Assembly (NCBI RefSeq): GCF_006345805.1
Contig: NW_021828227.1
Span: forward strand, 1 to 8,456
From: Octopus sinensis
Lineage: Eukaryota
Reading direction: 5' to 3'
Length of the DNA stretch: 8,456 bases
Under the pieces are notes generated by a model that was not told the origin of the DNA, did no database searches, and saw only the letters and a list, made by a program, of their open reading frames with translations. Position numbers and translations under genes: made by a program. Within the stretch, counting starts at the first letter, position 1; each line of letters starts with the position of its first letter. This document shows positions 8,361 through 8,456 of the stretch, in pieces.

Positions 8361-8456
8361 AGAATTTCAAAAGATACTGAAGAAGAATTGAGACTAAAAT
8401 CCCGTCATGGCCAGTACCCTGCAAGGCTTGACTGATAGGAAATGAGCCAAATTAAA

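Noticed and set aside
1-8456. CRISPR array, operon or prokaryotic defence system
   Set aside because: There are no regularly spaced repeat-spacer units or intact genes. The composition and repeats are those of an animal genome.

Overview
This is AT-rich eukaryotic non-coding DNA with no intact protein-coding gene, rRNA/tRNA gene or CRISPR array. Much of it is (TA)n/(CA)n/(TATATG)n/(GAT)n microsatellite, which explains almost all ORFs in the supplied track. Four decayed mobile-element pieces are recognisable: a 3' fragment of a mariner (DD34D) transposon with its terminal inverted repeat (2761-3075, -), an old body-only copy of a tRNA-derived SINE (1972-2200, -), a younger and apparently internally deleted copy of the same SINE (5592-5772, -), and a decayed L1/Tx1-type reverse transcriptase fragment (8036-8360, +). 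The SINE sequence and the microsatellite load suggest an octopus (coleoid cephalopod) intron or intergenic region. That assignment is recalled from memory, not from a database search. The least explained parts are two ~1 kb strand-skewed blocks (757-1850 and 3757-4800). They look like decayed minus-strand reading frames, share short similarity with each other, and one carries an internal repeat at 706 nt spacing. I cannot assign them to any family. I see no convincing evidence of a novel functional system, and these blocks are the best leads.
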